Shown here in pieces: positions 9,775 to 19,707 of a DNA stretch of 64,000 bases (positions are counted from its first letter, which is position 1; the number at the start of each line of letters is the position of its first letter). Source of the stretch: Thermoanaerobaculia bacterium (GTDB taxonomy: Bacteria > Acidobacteriota > Thermoanaerobaculia > Multivoradales > UBA5704); contig DASWRX010000197.1 of assembly GCA_036402955.1 (NCBI GenBank), positions 472-64,471 of the forward strand. The letters run 5' to 3'. A program made the translations under genes and the position numbers. The notes below the pieces were generated by a model. The model worked only from the letters and a program-made list of their open reading frames with translations. It searched no databases and was not told the DNA's origin.

Positions 9775-11140
9775 GGCGTTTCTTCCTGACCTCTTCCCGG
9801 AGGGCCCGGAACCTCTCCAGCCGGGTCCTCAGCTCCGCCTCGAATCCCTCCCCCTTCGGCTCGTAGAACCGCGTTCCCTGGAGGGACTCGGGGAGGCAGT
9901 CGAGCCCGCCGACGCCCTCCTCGGTGTGCGGGGCATAGACGTACCCGGCGCCGTAGCCCAGCTCTTTCATCAGGCCGGTGGGGGCGTTGCGGATCGCGAT
10001 TGGCACGGGATCGGCGGGCCGCTCCTCGACCGTGCGCCGCGCCGCCTTGTAGCCGTCGTAGACCGCCACGCTCTTGGGGGCGAGCGCGAGGTAGACGACC
10101 GCCTGCGCCAGCGCCAGCTCTCCTTCCGGCGAGCCGAGCAGGTGATAGGCGTCGCGGGCGGCGAGGGTCTGGAGGAGCGCCTGGGGATCGGCGAGCCCCA
10201 CGTCCTCGCTGGCGAAGCGGATCATCCGCCGCGCCACGTAGAGCGGGTCCTCGCCGGCCGCCAGCATGCGGGCCAGCCAGTAGACGGAGGCGTCGGGATC
10301 GCTCTCGCGCATGGATTTGTGGAGCGCCGAGATCAGGTTGTGGTGCTCCTCGCCCGACTTGTCGTAGAGCAGCACCTTGCGCTGGGCCACCCGCCGCACC
10401 CCCTCGACGTCGATCCGCCCCTCCTCGGTGTCGGCGGCATCCGCGGCCGCCAGCTCCAGGAGATTGAGGGCCTTGCGGGCGTCCCCCGAGGCGAGCTGCG
10501 CCAACTCCTCCAGGGCCTCGTCGTCCGCCACGATGCCGGTCGCTCCCAGGCCCCGCTCGGGATCGGCGAGCGCCCGGCGCAGCAGCCCGGCCAGCTCCTC
10601 GGGCCGCAGCCCCTCCAGCACGATCACCCGGCAGCGCGAGAGCAGCGCCGCGTTGAGCTCGAACGAGGGGTTCTCGGTGGTGGCCCCCACCAGCACCACG
10701 TCCCCGCTCTCGACGTAGGGAAGGAAGGCGTCCTGCTGGGCGCGGTTGAAGCGGTGGATCTCGTCGACGAAGAGAAGCGTGCGCCGCCCCTGCGCCTTGC
10801 GCAGCCGCACGGCCTCCGCCATCACCTCCTTGACTTCCTTGATGCCCGAGGTGACGGCCGAGAAGGGGACGAAGTGCGACGCGGTCACGGTGGCGATGAT
10901 GCGGGCGAGGGTGGTCTTCCCCGTTCCCGGCGGTCCCCAGAAGATCAACGACGGCACGCGGTCGACGGCGATCGCCCGGCGCAGGAACCCGCCCTCCCCC
11001 ACCACCTTCGGCTGACCGACGACCTCCTCCAGGCTGCGCGGGCGCATCCGCTCGGCGAGCGGGGAGGGCGAGGATGGAGAGGACGCGGGGCCGGCGGCCG
11101 GCGAGGGGGGTTCCTGATCGTCGAACAGAGAGCGGGCCAT
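9767..11140 (-). CDS. rarA: Replication-associated recombination protein A (MgsA/RarA AAA+ ATPase)
   Basis: FWGPPGTGKTTLARIIA Walker A, LLFVDEIHRFNRAQQDAFLPYVE, and a C-terminal MgsA helical domain. Start at ATG 11140 (MARSLFDD), 1-nt overlap (TGATG) with the upstream gene's stop. Confidence 0.9.
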   Translation of the reverse strand: MARSLFDDQEPPSPAAGPASSPSSPSPLAERMRPRSLEEVVGQPKVVGEGGFLRRAIAVDRVPSLIFWGPPGTGKTTLARIIATVTASHFVPFSAVTSGIKEVKEVMAEAVRLRKAQGRRTLLFVDEIHRFNRAQQDAFLPYVESGDVVLVGATTENPSFELNAALLSRCRVIVLEGLRPEELAGLLRRALADPERGLGATGIVADDEALEELAQLASGDARKALNLLELAAADAADTEEGRIDVEGVRRVAQRKVLLYDKSGEEHHNLISALHKSMRESDPDASVYWLARMLAAGEDPLYVARRMIRFASEDVGLADPQALLQTLAARDAYHLLGSPEGELALAQAVVYLALAPKSVAVYDGYKAARRTVEERPADPVPIAIRNAPTGLMKELGYGAGYVYAPHTEEGVGGLDCLPESLQGTRFYEPKGEGFEAELRTRLERFRALREEVRKKRPT

Positions 11141-13155
11141 CAGGGCGAGATCTTCTCGACGTCCACCCGCGCGTCGTTGAAGCAGGCCCCCTGGCCGACG
11201 TCGGTCAGGGTGTCCGGCGCCAGCGCGTTCGCCGTGGTGCCCGAGAACGTGTGGCGGCCCCACAGCCCCTTCGGCAGGCAGGTGACGCCGGGCCGCAGGT
11301 CGGGGTTGAGCCGCGCCGCCACCCGCACCTCCCCGAGCTCGTTCCAGACGCGCACCACGTCGCCGCCGGCGATGCCGCGGTCGGCGGCGTCGCGAGGGTG
11401 GATCTCCAGCGCCGCCGGCTCGCGCACGAGCTGCGCGAGGGTCGAGCTGATGGTCCGGCCGGTGGCCGGCGAGATCAGCGCCAGCGGGAAGCGTTCGCTC
11501 GCCGGATCGTCATGGAAGGCGTAGAGGCCACGCGACGCCTCGCGGTCGAGCGCCGCGGGGACGAGATGGATCTTGCGGTCGGGCGTCAGCGGGAAGGCGT
11601 CGACGAACTGGACCGGCGCCATCCCGCAGTCGGGCGCGGCCACGCCGTCGCGCTCCATCTCGGACCGCACCCGCTCGGCGCGGCCGAGCAGCGCGGCGGC
11701 GAAGGCGTCGTCGGTCTCGGCGTCGTCCGGCCGGCCGAGCCCGAGCCGCCGGGTCAGCTCGGCGAAGACCTCCAGGTTCGGCCGCGCCTCGCCCGCCGGC
11801 GCCGCCACCGGCCGGGTGCGGTAGAGCACGTAGGAGCCGTAGCCCTGCACCAGCTCCGAGTGCTCCAGGAAATGCGTGGCGGGCAGCACCAGGTCCGCCC
11901 AGCGGGCCGTGTCGGTCCACACCTGCTCGAAGACGACGGTGAACAGGTCCTGGCGCGCCAGCCCCCGGCGCACCTGCTCCTGGTTCGGCATCGTCGCCAG
12001 TGGATTGCAGTTGTAGACGAAGAGGACGCGCACCGGCGGCTCGGCCGTCAGCAGGGCCTCGCCCAGGAGGTTCATGTTGATCGTCCGGGTCGTCGGCTCG
12101 GGGTCCGCCGCCGAGCGGTCGAGCGAGCTCGCCCAGACGCCGGAGTTGCTCATCGTATAGCCGCCGCCGCGCACGCCGAACTTGCCCGCCACCGCCGGCA
12201 GCGCGAGGGCCGCGGCCACCGCCGAGCCGCCGTTGCGGTTGCGCTCGAACCCCCAGCCCGTGCGGATCACCGCCGGCGAGGACTCGGCGTAGAGACGGAC
12301 GAAACGCTCGATCTGGTCAGCGGGAACGCCCGAGGCCGCGGCCGCCCGCTCGAACGTCCAGGGCTGGGCGCGCCGCCGCAGCTCCTCGGCGCCGGTCGCG
12401 TGCTCGGCCAAAAAGCCGAGGTCCGCTTGGGCTCCCTCGAAGAACCAGCGGATGGCGGCCAGCGCGATCGCGAGGTCGCTCCCGGGACGCGGCGAGAGGT
12501 GAAGATCGGCCTTCTTGGCGAGCGGCGTGCGCCGCGGATCGATCACCACCAGGCGCGCCCCCGCCTTCTGGGCCTCCTGGATGAACGGCACCACGTGGAT
12601 GCCGGACGCCGAGGGGTTCACCCCCCAGAGCACGATCAGCCGCGCGTGCCGGAAGTCCGGCAGGGCCACGCCGGCCATCTTGCCGTAGAGCCCGGTGGCC
12701 GCCCGGCCCGACGGCGCGGCGCAGACCGTGCGGCCCATCAAGGAGGCGCCCAGCCGGCGAAAGAGGCGGGCATCGGTCGAGTCCTGGGTGAGCAGGCCGT
12801 TCGAGCCGCCGTAGTAGAACGGCAGGATCGATTCGCCCCCCCAGCGCTCGCGCGCCTCGCCCAGCCGTTCCGCCGCGAGGCCGAGCGCCTCCTCCCAGGA
12901 GATCCGCGCGAACTCGCCGGACCCCTTCGGCCCCACCCGCCGCGCCGGGTAGAGCAGCCGGTCCGGGCCGTAGAGGTGCTCCGGCGTCCGCCGCACCTTG
13001 GCGCAGATGTACCCCTGCGTGACCGGATTGAGGGAGCTGCCGTCCACCTTGACCACCCGGCCGTCCACCACCCGGACCTCCAGGCTGCAGGCGTCGGGGC
13101 AATCGAGAGGACAGGCGCTCGCGTGAACTTCGGGAGAGCGCAGGGGTTCGGTCAT
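11140..13155 (-). CDS. Molybdopterin (bis-MGD) oxidoreductase family protein
   Basis: N-terminal 4Fe-4S motif (CPLDCPDACSLEV ... GYICAK), MopB-type body and a C-terminal barrel domain. Start ATG 13155 overlaps the IDH stop (ATGA). Confidence 0.85.
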   Translation of the reverse strand: MTEPLRSPEVHASACPLDCPDACSLEVRVVDGRVVKVDGSSLNPVTQGYICAKVRRTPEHLYGPDRLLYPARRVGPKGSGEFARISWEEALGLAAERLGEARERWGGESILPFYYGGSNGLLTQDSTDARLFRRLGASLMGRTVCAAPSGRAATGLYGKMAGVALPDFRHARLIVLWGVNPSASGIHVVPFIQEAQKAGARLVVIDPRRTPLAKKADLHLSPRPGSDLAIALAAIRWFFEGAQADLGFLAEHATGAEELRRRAQPWTFERAAAASGVPADQIERFVRLYAESSPAVIRTGWGFERNRNGGSAVAAALALPAVAGKFGVRGGGYTMSNSGVWASSLDRSAADPEPTTRTINMNLLGEALLTAEPPVRVLFVYNCNPLATMPNQEQVRRGLARQDLFTVVFEQVWTDTARWADLVLPATHFLEHSELVQGYGSYVLYRTRPVAAPAGEARPNLEVFAELTRRLGLGRPDDAETDDAFAAALLGRAERVRSEMERDGVAAPDCGMAPVQFVDAFPLTPDRKIHLVPAALDREASRGLYAFHDDPASERFPLALISPATGRTISSTLAQLVREPAALEIHPRDAADRGIAGGDVVRVWNELGEVRVAARLNPDLRPGVTCLPKGLWGRHTFSGTTANALAPDTLTDVGQGACFNDARVDVEKISP

Positions 13156-14177
13156 GAAGGGATTGTAGCTGGAACCTCCAAAGCCTTCACAATCGCGTCC
13201 GTGAACTGCGTCGTGGTCGCCTCGCCGCCGAGGTCCCGGGTGCGGATCTTCTGGCGCACGACCACGTCGCGCAGCGCCCGGCGCAACCGCTCGGCCACCT
13301 CGTCCTTGTGCATGTGGAAGAGCATCATGATCGCCGAGCGCATCAGCGCCAGCGGGTTCGCGAGGTCCTTGCCGGCGATGTCCGGCGCGCTGCCGTGCAC
13401 CGCCTCGAAGACCGCCACGTCGAGCCCGATGTTCCCCCCGGGCACCACGCCGAGCCCGCCGACGAGCCCGGCGCAGAGGTCGGAGAGGATGTCGCCGTAG
13501 AGGTTCTCCATCAGCAGCACGTCCCACTCCTCGGGGCGCATGACGAGCTGCATGCACATGTTGTCGACGATCTTGTCGTCCGCCACGATCTCGGGGTACT
13601 CCGAGGCGACGCGGCGGAAGCAGTCGAGGAACAGGCCGTCCGAGAGCTTCATGATGTTGGCCTTGTGGACGGCGGTCACCCGCTTGCGGCCGTGGCGGCG
13701 GGCATACTCGAAGGCGAAGCGGGCGATGCGCAGCGACGCCTTCTCGGTGATGATCTTCAGGCTCTCCACCACCCCGGGGACCACGATGTGCTCGAGGCCG
13801 CTGTAGAGGTCCTCGGTGTTCTCGCGCACCACCACGAGGTCCACTCCCGAGAAGCGGCTGGGGATGCTCTCCAGCGACCGCGCCGGGCGCAGGTTGGCGT
13901 AGAGGTCGAGCTCCTGGCGGAGCTGCACGTTGATCGACTTGAAACCCTTGCCCACCTGGGTGGTGATCGGTCCCTTCAGCGCCAGGCAGTTGCGGCGGAT
14001 CGACTCGAGGACCTCGGGCGGCAGCGGATTGCCGTACTTCTCCAGGGCCTCGGCGCCGGCGATGTGGCGCTCCCATTCGATCTCGGCGCCCGCGGCGTCG
14101 AGCACCCGCACGGTGGCGTTGGCGACCTCCGGGCCGATCCCGTCGCCCGGCAGGAGGGTGACTGTGGTCTTGCTCAT
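13152..14177 (-). CDS. Isocitrate/isopropylmalate dehydrogenase family (NAD-IDH-like)
   Basis: LLPGDGIGPEV, VRENTEDLYSG, NLYGDILSDLCAGLVGGLG, HGSAPDIAGK. 341 aa. Confidence 0.88.
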   Translation of the reverse strand: MSKTTVTLLPGDGIGPEVANATVRVLDAAGAEIEWERHIAGAEALEKYGNPLPPEVLESIRRNCLALKGPITTQVGKGFKSINVQLRQELDLYANLRPARSLESIPSRFSGVDLVVVRENTEDLYSGLEHIVVPGVVESLKIITEKASLRIARFAFEYARRHGRKRVTAVHKANIMKLSDGLFLDCFRRVASEYPEIVADDKIVDNMCMQLVMRPEEWDVLLMENLYGDILSDLCAGLVGGLGVVPGGNIGLDVAVFEAVHGSAPDIAGKDLANPLALMRSAIMMLFHMHKDEVAERLRRALRDVVVRQKIRTRDLGGEATTTQFTDAIVKALEVPATIPS

Positions 14178-15463
14178 CGCTTCGGGCTCCCTTCAATCGC
14201 CAGCGGATACCGTAAAGTCTTCTGAAGCCACTCGCCGTTCTCGCCGACGCTGCGGGAGAGCTCGCCGACCAGCGCGCCGCGCTGCTCGTAGAGGCGGTAG
14301 CCGTCGCGGGACCGCAGGTAGCCGGCGGCCTTGGGCTCCTCCTGGAAGAGGGCCTCCTCGCCGATCTCCACCGCCCGGGCGGCGTAGCGCTCGCGGTTCT
14401 CCAGCAGCGCTTTGACCAGGAACGGCATCACCATCGAGTAGTCGGCCTGGGCGCTCTCCGTCGTCTGTTGATAGGTGTCGCGGTCCACCTTGCCCCAGGT
14501 CACGGCCTCGGCCGGCGGACAGGAGGAGAGGGAGCCTTCGGTCACCGGCGCGCTCACGATCTGGACGTCGAAGGTGTAGCCGCGGATCCCTTCCAGCCCC
14601 AGCACCTGGCCGAGCGCCGGCTCCGGCTGCAGGTTGTAGTTCTTCGGCACGCCGCCGCCCAGGATCAGGGTCGCCAGCGAGCGCGCGGGATGGGTGAACA
14701 ACCCCCAGTGATGGTAGGCGCACGACTCGAAGACCTCGCCGTGGAGGTCGAGCGAGAAGTCGTAGCTCTCGAGCAGGCCCGCCTGCCGCATCGCCCACAG
14801 CTTCATCGAGTTGAGGAAGAGGCTGCCGTCGCCGGGCGCGCCGACCAGGATCGGCAGGGCGAGCCGCCAGCAGGTGGCGAGCAGCCCGGGCGCGACGCCG
14901 TTCTGCTCCTCCTGGGCGGCGTAGATCCGGCCGAGCAGGTAGCGCAGCTCGGTGCCGGTCATCGACTTCTGGAACTCCGGGCGCAGCAGGCAGGCGGTCA
15001 TGAAACGGTCCTGCTGGAACAAGACGTCCTCGTCGAAGGCCATGTCGGTGACGCGGATCGTCTTCTCGTCGCGCAGCGCGCCGTCGTCGCCGAAGATGGG
15101 GACCTCGAAGATCGGATCGGGGTGCTCGTCGAGGCTGCGGTGGCCGTCGTGGTAGCAGACGGCGTCGGTGGTGCTGAGATAGGCCACCCAGCCGGTCTCC
15201 AGCAGGGGGAGCAGCCACGCCTGGTGCTGGCCGGAGACCGTGACCGGGCCGGCGATGGCGAGCGTCAGCGGGCAACCCGCCCCGATCGCCTGGTCGAGCA
15301 GGCGGTAGACCCGCCGCAGGTAGGCCCCTCCGAACGCCGGCAGACAGGAGATGAAGAGCTCGTCCAGCGTCCGGCACTCGTCGACCCGCCGCACCTCGAC
15401 GCGCCGCCGCTGCGGGTGGAGATGAACGTTGTGAGGGAGCCGGTTGTCGTGCGCGCTGCTCAT
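14174..15463 (-). CDS. Deoxyhypusine synthase-like protein
   Basis: DHS-like core (TLAIAGPVTVSG, LILGGGVPKNY, SCPPAEAVTWGK) plus a ~90-aa C-terminal extension. Start at ATG 15463 (MSSAHDN). 4-bp overlap with the IDH start. Confidence 0.7.
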   Translation of the reverse strand: MSSAHDNRLPHNVHLHPQRRRVEVRRVDECRTLDELFISCLPAFGGAYLRRVYRLLDQAIGAGCPLTLAIAGPVTVSGQHQAWLLPLLETGWVAYLSTTDAVCYHDGHRSLDEHPDPIFEVPIFGDDGALRDEKTIRVTDMAFDEDVLFQQDRFMTACLLRPEFQKSMTGTELRYLLGRIYAAQEEQNGVAPGLLATCWRLALPILVGAPGDGSLFLNSMKLWAMRQAGLLESYDFSLDLHGEVFESCAYHHWGLFTHPARSLATLILGGGVPKNYNLQPEPALGQVLGLEGIRGYTFDVQIVSAPVTEGSLSSCPPAEAVTWGKVDRDTYQQTTESAQADYSMVMPFLVKALLENRERYAARAVEIGEEALFQEEPKAAGYLRSRDGYRLYEQRGALVGELSRSVGENGEWLQKTLRYPLAIEGSPKR

Positions 15464-15501
15464 GGCAGCGTACGGTATAACAGATTGTTCCCGCTTCCTG
15501 G

Positions 15502-18477
15502 CTACCGCCCCAGCTCCTCGATCCGGGCCACCACGTCGCGGTAGGAGTTGTTGATCCCGTAGAGATCGACGAACGCCTTGTAGGCGGAGGTCTTGTCGCC
15601 CACGACCAGGTAGGCGCAGCCGAGATCGTAGAGCAGGCCGAGGTGGTCCTCCTCGTGGAGGCCGGGGGCGTCGAGGCCGCGGCCGTACCACTTGACGGCC
15701 AGCTCGGGCAGCCCCTTGTCGAGGAAGCAGAGGCCCAGCATCGAGCAGCAGAGCACCAGGTGCCCCTCGTCCTTGGCGGCGATCTGGAACTCGCCGATCG
15801 CCTCGTCCAGCAGGCCCATCTCGCGGTAGGCGATCCCCAGGTTGAAGTGGGTGTCGTAGTCCGTCGGCGAGAGGTGCTCGGCCACCCCCTTCTTGAACCC
15901 CTCGACGATCTCCTCCAGCGACTGCTCGCCCGGCTGCGAAAGCATCCCCTCGCCGCTCTGGAAGAGGTCCTCCTGCGAGAGCTCCTGCTCCAGCTCGGCG
16001 GCGAGATCGAAGAAGTCATCCTCCTCGTCGAACAGGCTCTCGGACTCCGCCTGCTTCGCCGGACGGTTGCGGTCCGCCTCGTCGAGCCAGCTCAGACCCC
16101 CCGTGTCGTCCAGGTTCTGGGGCAGGCCCTGCGGGAGACCGCGCCCGCCGGCCGGCGCCGGAGGCCGGGCGGAGGACGGGAACGCGGGAACCGCGGCGGT
16201 GGCGGCCGGCGGCGTCCAGTCGAAGTCCTCGCTCTCGATCATCTCGCCGATCTCGAGCGGATTGAACATCACGGGCCCCACCGCTTCGCCCGCCACGGGA
16301 GGCGCGGGCTCGGCGGGCGGCAGTACCGGAGCCGCCGGAGCCGCGGCGACCGGAGGCGCCGGCGGCGCGGCAGCCGGCGGCGGAGGCGCCGCGGCCGGAC
16401 GCTTGGGCTTGGGAGCCAGCAGGCTCCGGAGCACCCGGTCGATCTCTCCGGAGGAACGCTTGCGCGCCGCGGCCGGAGGCGCCGGCGGCGACAACGCCTC
16501 GGGAACGGGAGCGGGCTCCGGCGCGGGCGCCTGGGCCACGGGCGCCAGCGGAATCGGCTGCGGCGCCGGAGGCGGCTCGGGGGCCTTCGCCACCGGAGCC
16601 GGCGGCGGCGCGGCGGGCGGCGCTTCGGTCATCGCCTGCATCGCGTGCGGGCCGCCCGCCACGCGGTCGCCGTCGAAGCGGTACCCCGCCTCGCCGAGCT
16701 GGCGGCGCATCTTCGGCCAGACCTGCGCGTCGTCGCGCACCTCCCCGGCCGTCCGCGCCATGGCGCCGGCCAGCTCGGCCACCCGGTCGTGGCGCCCCTT
16801 GTCGAGATGGATGTGGATCATCGCCGCATAGGCGCCGAGGTTGTGCGGCTGGAGCTTCAGCGCCTCGCGCAGCCGCTCCAGCGCCTTGTCCTCGAGGCCG
16901 TACTTGGCCAGCACCTCGGCCTCGCTGACCAGGTCCTCGTCGCGTGGATGGGTCCGGGGCTGGAGCTCGGCCGCGGTCCGCTCGAGCATGTCGGCGTCGA
17001 TCCCGTCCCGCTTCGCCGGCCCGGCCTCCAGGCTCTCCAGCGGCGGCAGATCCAGCTCCCGCTCGACCGCCCAGGAGCTCTCGAAGCGCGGCAGTTCCGG
17101 CTCCTCCAGCTCGAGCAGGATCTCGCCGTCCGAGGGGAGACCGGCGGGGTCGAAGGCGCCCGGCGGAGGGACCGGGGACGGCGCGGCCGCCAGCTCTCCG
17201 AGATCGAGATCCAGCTCGAGATCGGCGTCCAGCGAGAGCAGCGCGGACGGCGCGCCGGCCGCGGGAAGGGGCGGCGGCACGGGCGCCTGAGGAGGAGCGG
17301 CCGGCTCCTCGCCGCGCGCCCAGGCCGAGCCGAGGCGGCTGCCGGTGCCGGACAGCATGTCCGCCGGCGGCTTGACGAGGCTCGCCGGCTCGTCGTCCGC
17401 GTCCATGTCGAGGACGAAGGCCTCGTCGAGGTCGAGCTCGATCTCCTGCTCCTCCAGCTCCGCGCCCGGCGGCTCCAGCGATGGGATCGCCGCGGCCGCG
17501 GCGGCCCGCAGGGAGGCGGAGAGGTCGTCCGCGTCCGCCCAGGACTGCTCCAGGAGCCCGCTGCCGTAGGGCACGTCCTCGGGCTCCTCCTCGACGGCAG
17601 GCGGCGGCGGCGGCGGAGCGGGCCGCGGCTCGGGAGCGCGGGCGGCGGGGGGCGGCGGAGGGGCGGCGGAAGATCGGCGCGGCGCCTCCGCCGGCTCCTG
17701 AGCTCGGGGCGCGGGCGGCGCCGGCTCCACCACCTCCGGCTCCTCGATCACCCGGGCGAGCCGGCCGATGCGCGTGGCCTGCGGGTTGCGCTCGGCGGCG
17801 ATCCCCAGGAAGCGCACCGCCGCGGCCGCGTGACCCGCCTCCTTGAGCTTGAAGACGGCGTCGTTGATGAACCCCATGTTGCTGCTGTCGATGTCCAGCG
17901 CCCGCTCGTACACCTGCGCCGCGTCCTGCGGGCGGCCGTGCGCGATCATCATCTCGGCGATGACGCGGTACTCGTTCATCGCCTTTTCGATGAGCTGCTG
18001 CGACTGGTAGATCTCCGCCAGCTTGACGTGATAGCTGGGATTGCTCGGCTCCAGATCGGCCATCTTCTGGTAGATGGCGATCGCCGACGCCGCGTTGTCG
18101 TGCTTCTGGTAGTAATCGGCCAGCACCTGGTACTGGGTGCGCGCCTCGTTGACCAGCCCCTGCCGGTGGTAGAGCTCGGCCAGCTTCTCGTAGACCTCGA
18201 GCCGCGTCGGGTCCAGCTTGATGATCTTCTTGTAGATCGCGATCGCCTTGACGAAGAACCCCTCCGTCGAATACTGCTCGGCGATCTGGGTGAAGAAGTC
18301 GACGGCCTCGTCGATGCGCTGGATGCGGGCGTAGAGATCGCCGATCCGGTTCAGGGTGTTGATGTCGTTCGGGTTGTCCGCGAGCAGCTTGCGGTACTCG
18401 CGGATCGCCGGCTCGATCTTGCCGCGGGAGACGTACTTCTCGGCGGTCTGGACGACCTGCTCGCGCTGCACGGCCAT
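15502..18477 (-). CDS. TPR-repeat protein with a long Pro/Ala-rich central linker
   Basis: Start MAVQREQVV at 18477, which overlaps the rnhB stop as TGATG. N- and C-terminal TPR blocks flank several hundred residues of P/A/E-rich low complexity. The annotated 1188-aa ORF extension lies inside rnhB. Confidence 0.8.
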   Translation of the reverse strand: MAVQREQVVQTAEKYVSRGKIEPAIREYRKLLADNPNDINTLNRIGDLYARIQRIDEAVDFFTQIAEQYSTEGFFVKAIAIYKKIIKLDPTRLEVYEKLAELYHRQGLVNEARTQYQVLADYYQKHDNAASAIAIYQKMADLEPSNPSYHVKLAEIYQSQQLIEKAMNEYRVIAEMMIAHGRPQDAAQVYERALDIDSSNMGFINDAVFKLKEAGHAAAAVRFLGIAAERNPQATRIGRLARVIEEPEVVEPAPPAPRAQEPAEAPRRSSAAPPPPPAARAPEPRPAPPPPPPAVEEEPEDVPYGSGLLEQSWADADDLSASLRAAAAAAIPSLEPPGAELEEQEIELDLDEAFVLDMDADDEPASLVKPPADMLSGTGSRLGSAWARGEEPAAPPQAPVPPPLPAAGAPSALLSLDADLELDLDLGELAAAPSPVPPPGAFDPAGLPSDGEILLELEEPELPRFESSWAVERELDLPPLESLEAGPAKRDGIDADMLERTAAELQPRTHPRDEDLVSEAEVLAKYGLEDKALERLREALKLQPHNLGAYAAMIHIHLDKGRHDRVAELAGAMARTAGEVRDDAQVWPKMRRQLGEAGYRFDGDRVAGGPHAMQAMTEAPPAAPPPAPVAKAPEPPPAPQPIPLAPVAQAPAPEPAPVPEALSPPAPPAAARKRSSGEIDRVLRSLLAPKPKRPAAAPPPPAAAPPAPPVAAAPAAPVLPPAEPAPPVAGEAVGPVMFNPLEIGEMIESEDFDWTPPAATAAVPAFPSSARPPAPAGGRGLPQGLPQNLDDTGGLSWLDEADRNRPAKQAESESLFDEEDDFFDLAAELEQELSQEDLFQSGEGMLSQPGEQSLEEIVEGFKKGVAEHLSPTDYDTHFNLGIAYREMGLLDEAIGEFQIAAKDEGHLVLCCSMLGLCFLDKGLPELAVKWYGRGLDAPGLHEEDHLGLLYDLGCAYLVVGDKTSAYKAFVDLYGINNSYRDVVARIEELGR

Positions 18478-19175
18478 CAGCAGCGGGCCTCTTGCCCGGG
18501 GAGCAACCGGGGGAGCACCGGCTTGTAGGTGAGCCGGTGCACGGGGCTCGGCCCGTAGGTGGACAGCGCCTCCAGGTGCTCCGGCACGCCGTAGCCCTTG
18601 TGCTCGGCGAAGCCGTACTGGGGATACTCCTGATGGAGATCGACCATCATCCGGTCGCGCTCCACCTTGGCGAGGATCGAGGCGCAGGCGACGGCGTAGC
18701 TGAAGCAATCGCCGCGGATCACGGGGAGGCAGGGGAAGCGGAAGCCGGAGAGCCGCACGGCATCGACCACCGCGCAATCGGGCACCGGGCGCAGGCGCGA
18801 GAGCGCCTCGCACATGGCCTGGCGGGTGGCCTCCAGGATGTTGATGCGGTCGATGACCTCGGGGGAGACCGCGGCCACCACGACGGCCACGGCGTGAGAG
18901 CGGATGGCCGCGGCGGCGCGCTCCCGCTCGGGGGCGGTGAGGCACTTGCTGTCGTCCACCCCGGGCACCAGGCAGCGGCCGTCCAGGAGGACCGCGGCGG
19001 CCACCACCGGGCCGGCGAGCGAGCCCCGGCCCACCTCGTCCACCCCGGCGATCAGGCCGTAGCCGCACCGCGCGAGCCCCTCCTCCAGGCCGCGCAGCAG
19101 GTGCAAGCGGTAGGCCTCGAGAAACAGCTCGATCATCGCCCGGGCCGGCCGGACCGGTTGCGCCGCCCTGGTCAC
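18477..19175 (-). CDS. rnhB: Ribonuclease HII
   Basis: GVDEVGRGSLAGPVVAAAV, DSKCLT, ASILAKVERD. An alternative start is MIELF at 19136. Confidence 0.9.
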   Translation of the reverse strand: MTRAAQPVRPARAMIELFLEAYRLHLLRGLEEGLARCGYGLIAGVDEVGRGSLAGPVVAAAVLLDGRCLVPGVDDSKCLTAPERERAAAAIRSHAVAVVVAAVSPEVIDRINILEATRQAMCEALSRLRPVPDCAVVDAVRLSGFRFPCLPVIRGDCFSYAVACASILAKVERDRMMVDLHQEYPQYGFAEHKGYGVPEHLEALSTYGPSPVHRLTYKPVLPRLLPGQEARC

Positions 19176-19236
19176 TACGACTCCTTTCCGATCGGCCTCC
19201 GCAGCGCCGCGGCGCCGGAGGCCGGCCAGCCCGTGC

Positions 19237-19602
19237 CTACGACTTGGCCTTGGCCTGGTCGTCCCGGCGCTCTTCGATGCGGGCCGCCTTGCCGCGCAGA
19301 TTGCGCAGGTAGTACAGCTTCGCCCGGCGCACCCGGCCCCGCCGGATGACCTCGATCTTGTCGACGTTCGGAGAGCTCATCGGGAAGATCCGCTCGACCC
19401 CGACGCTGCCGGAGATCTTGCGCACCGTGAAGGTCTCCCGGGTCCCGCCGCCACGGCGGGAGATCACCACTCCCTGGAAGATCTGGATCCGCTGCTTGTC
19501 GCCCTCGACCACGCGCACGTGGACGCGGAGCGAGTCCCCGGGCTTGAACTCGGGCACGTTCTGCCGCACGTAGACACTCTCGACCTGATCCAACTGGTTC
19601 AT
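19237..19602 (-). CDS. rplS: 50S ribosomal protein L19
   Basis: [35 protein letters not shown]...TFTVRK is classic L19. Confidence 0.97.
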   Translation of the reverse strand: MNQLDQVESVYVRQNVPEFKPGDSLRVHVRVVEGDKQRIQIFQGVVISRRGGGTRETFTVRKISGSVGVERIFPMSSPNVDKIEVIRRGRVRRAKLYYLRNLRGKAARIEERRDDQAKAKS

Positions 19603-19648
19603 GACTCACCTCGCTACCCGACGGACTCGCCACTGGGACAGTGCCGTC

Positions 19649-19677
19649 ATTATTTCGATTTCGTTTCGATTTCACAA
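19649..19677 (-). promoter_or_regulatory. Putative internal promoter in the trmD-rplS spacer
   Basis: On the minus strand: TTGTGA (19677-19672), a 17-nt spacer, then AATAAT (19654-19649). Lies in an unusually AT-rich tract with TTTCGA/TTTCG repeats, about 45 nt upstream of the rplS ATG. Confidence 0.4.
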
Positions 19678-19707
19678 GGGCCGCGCGAGCCGCCCCTCAA
19701 TCTTTCC

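Noticed and set aside
19603-19707. Possible L19 ribosomal-protein leader RNA upstream of rplS.
   Set aside because: The known L19 leader is, as far as I recall, a Firmicutes element, and I cannot draw a convincing conserved structure here. The AT-rich TTTCGA tract is better explained as the promoter reported in the features.
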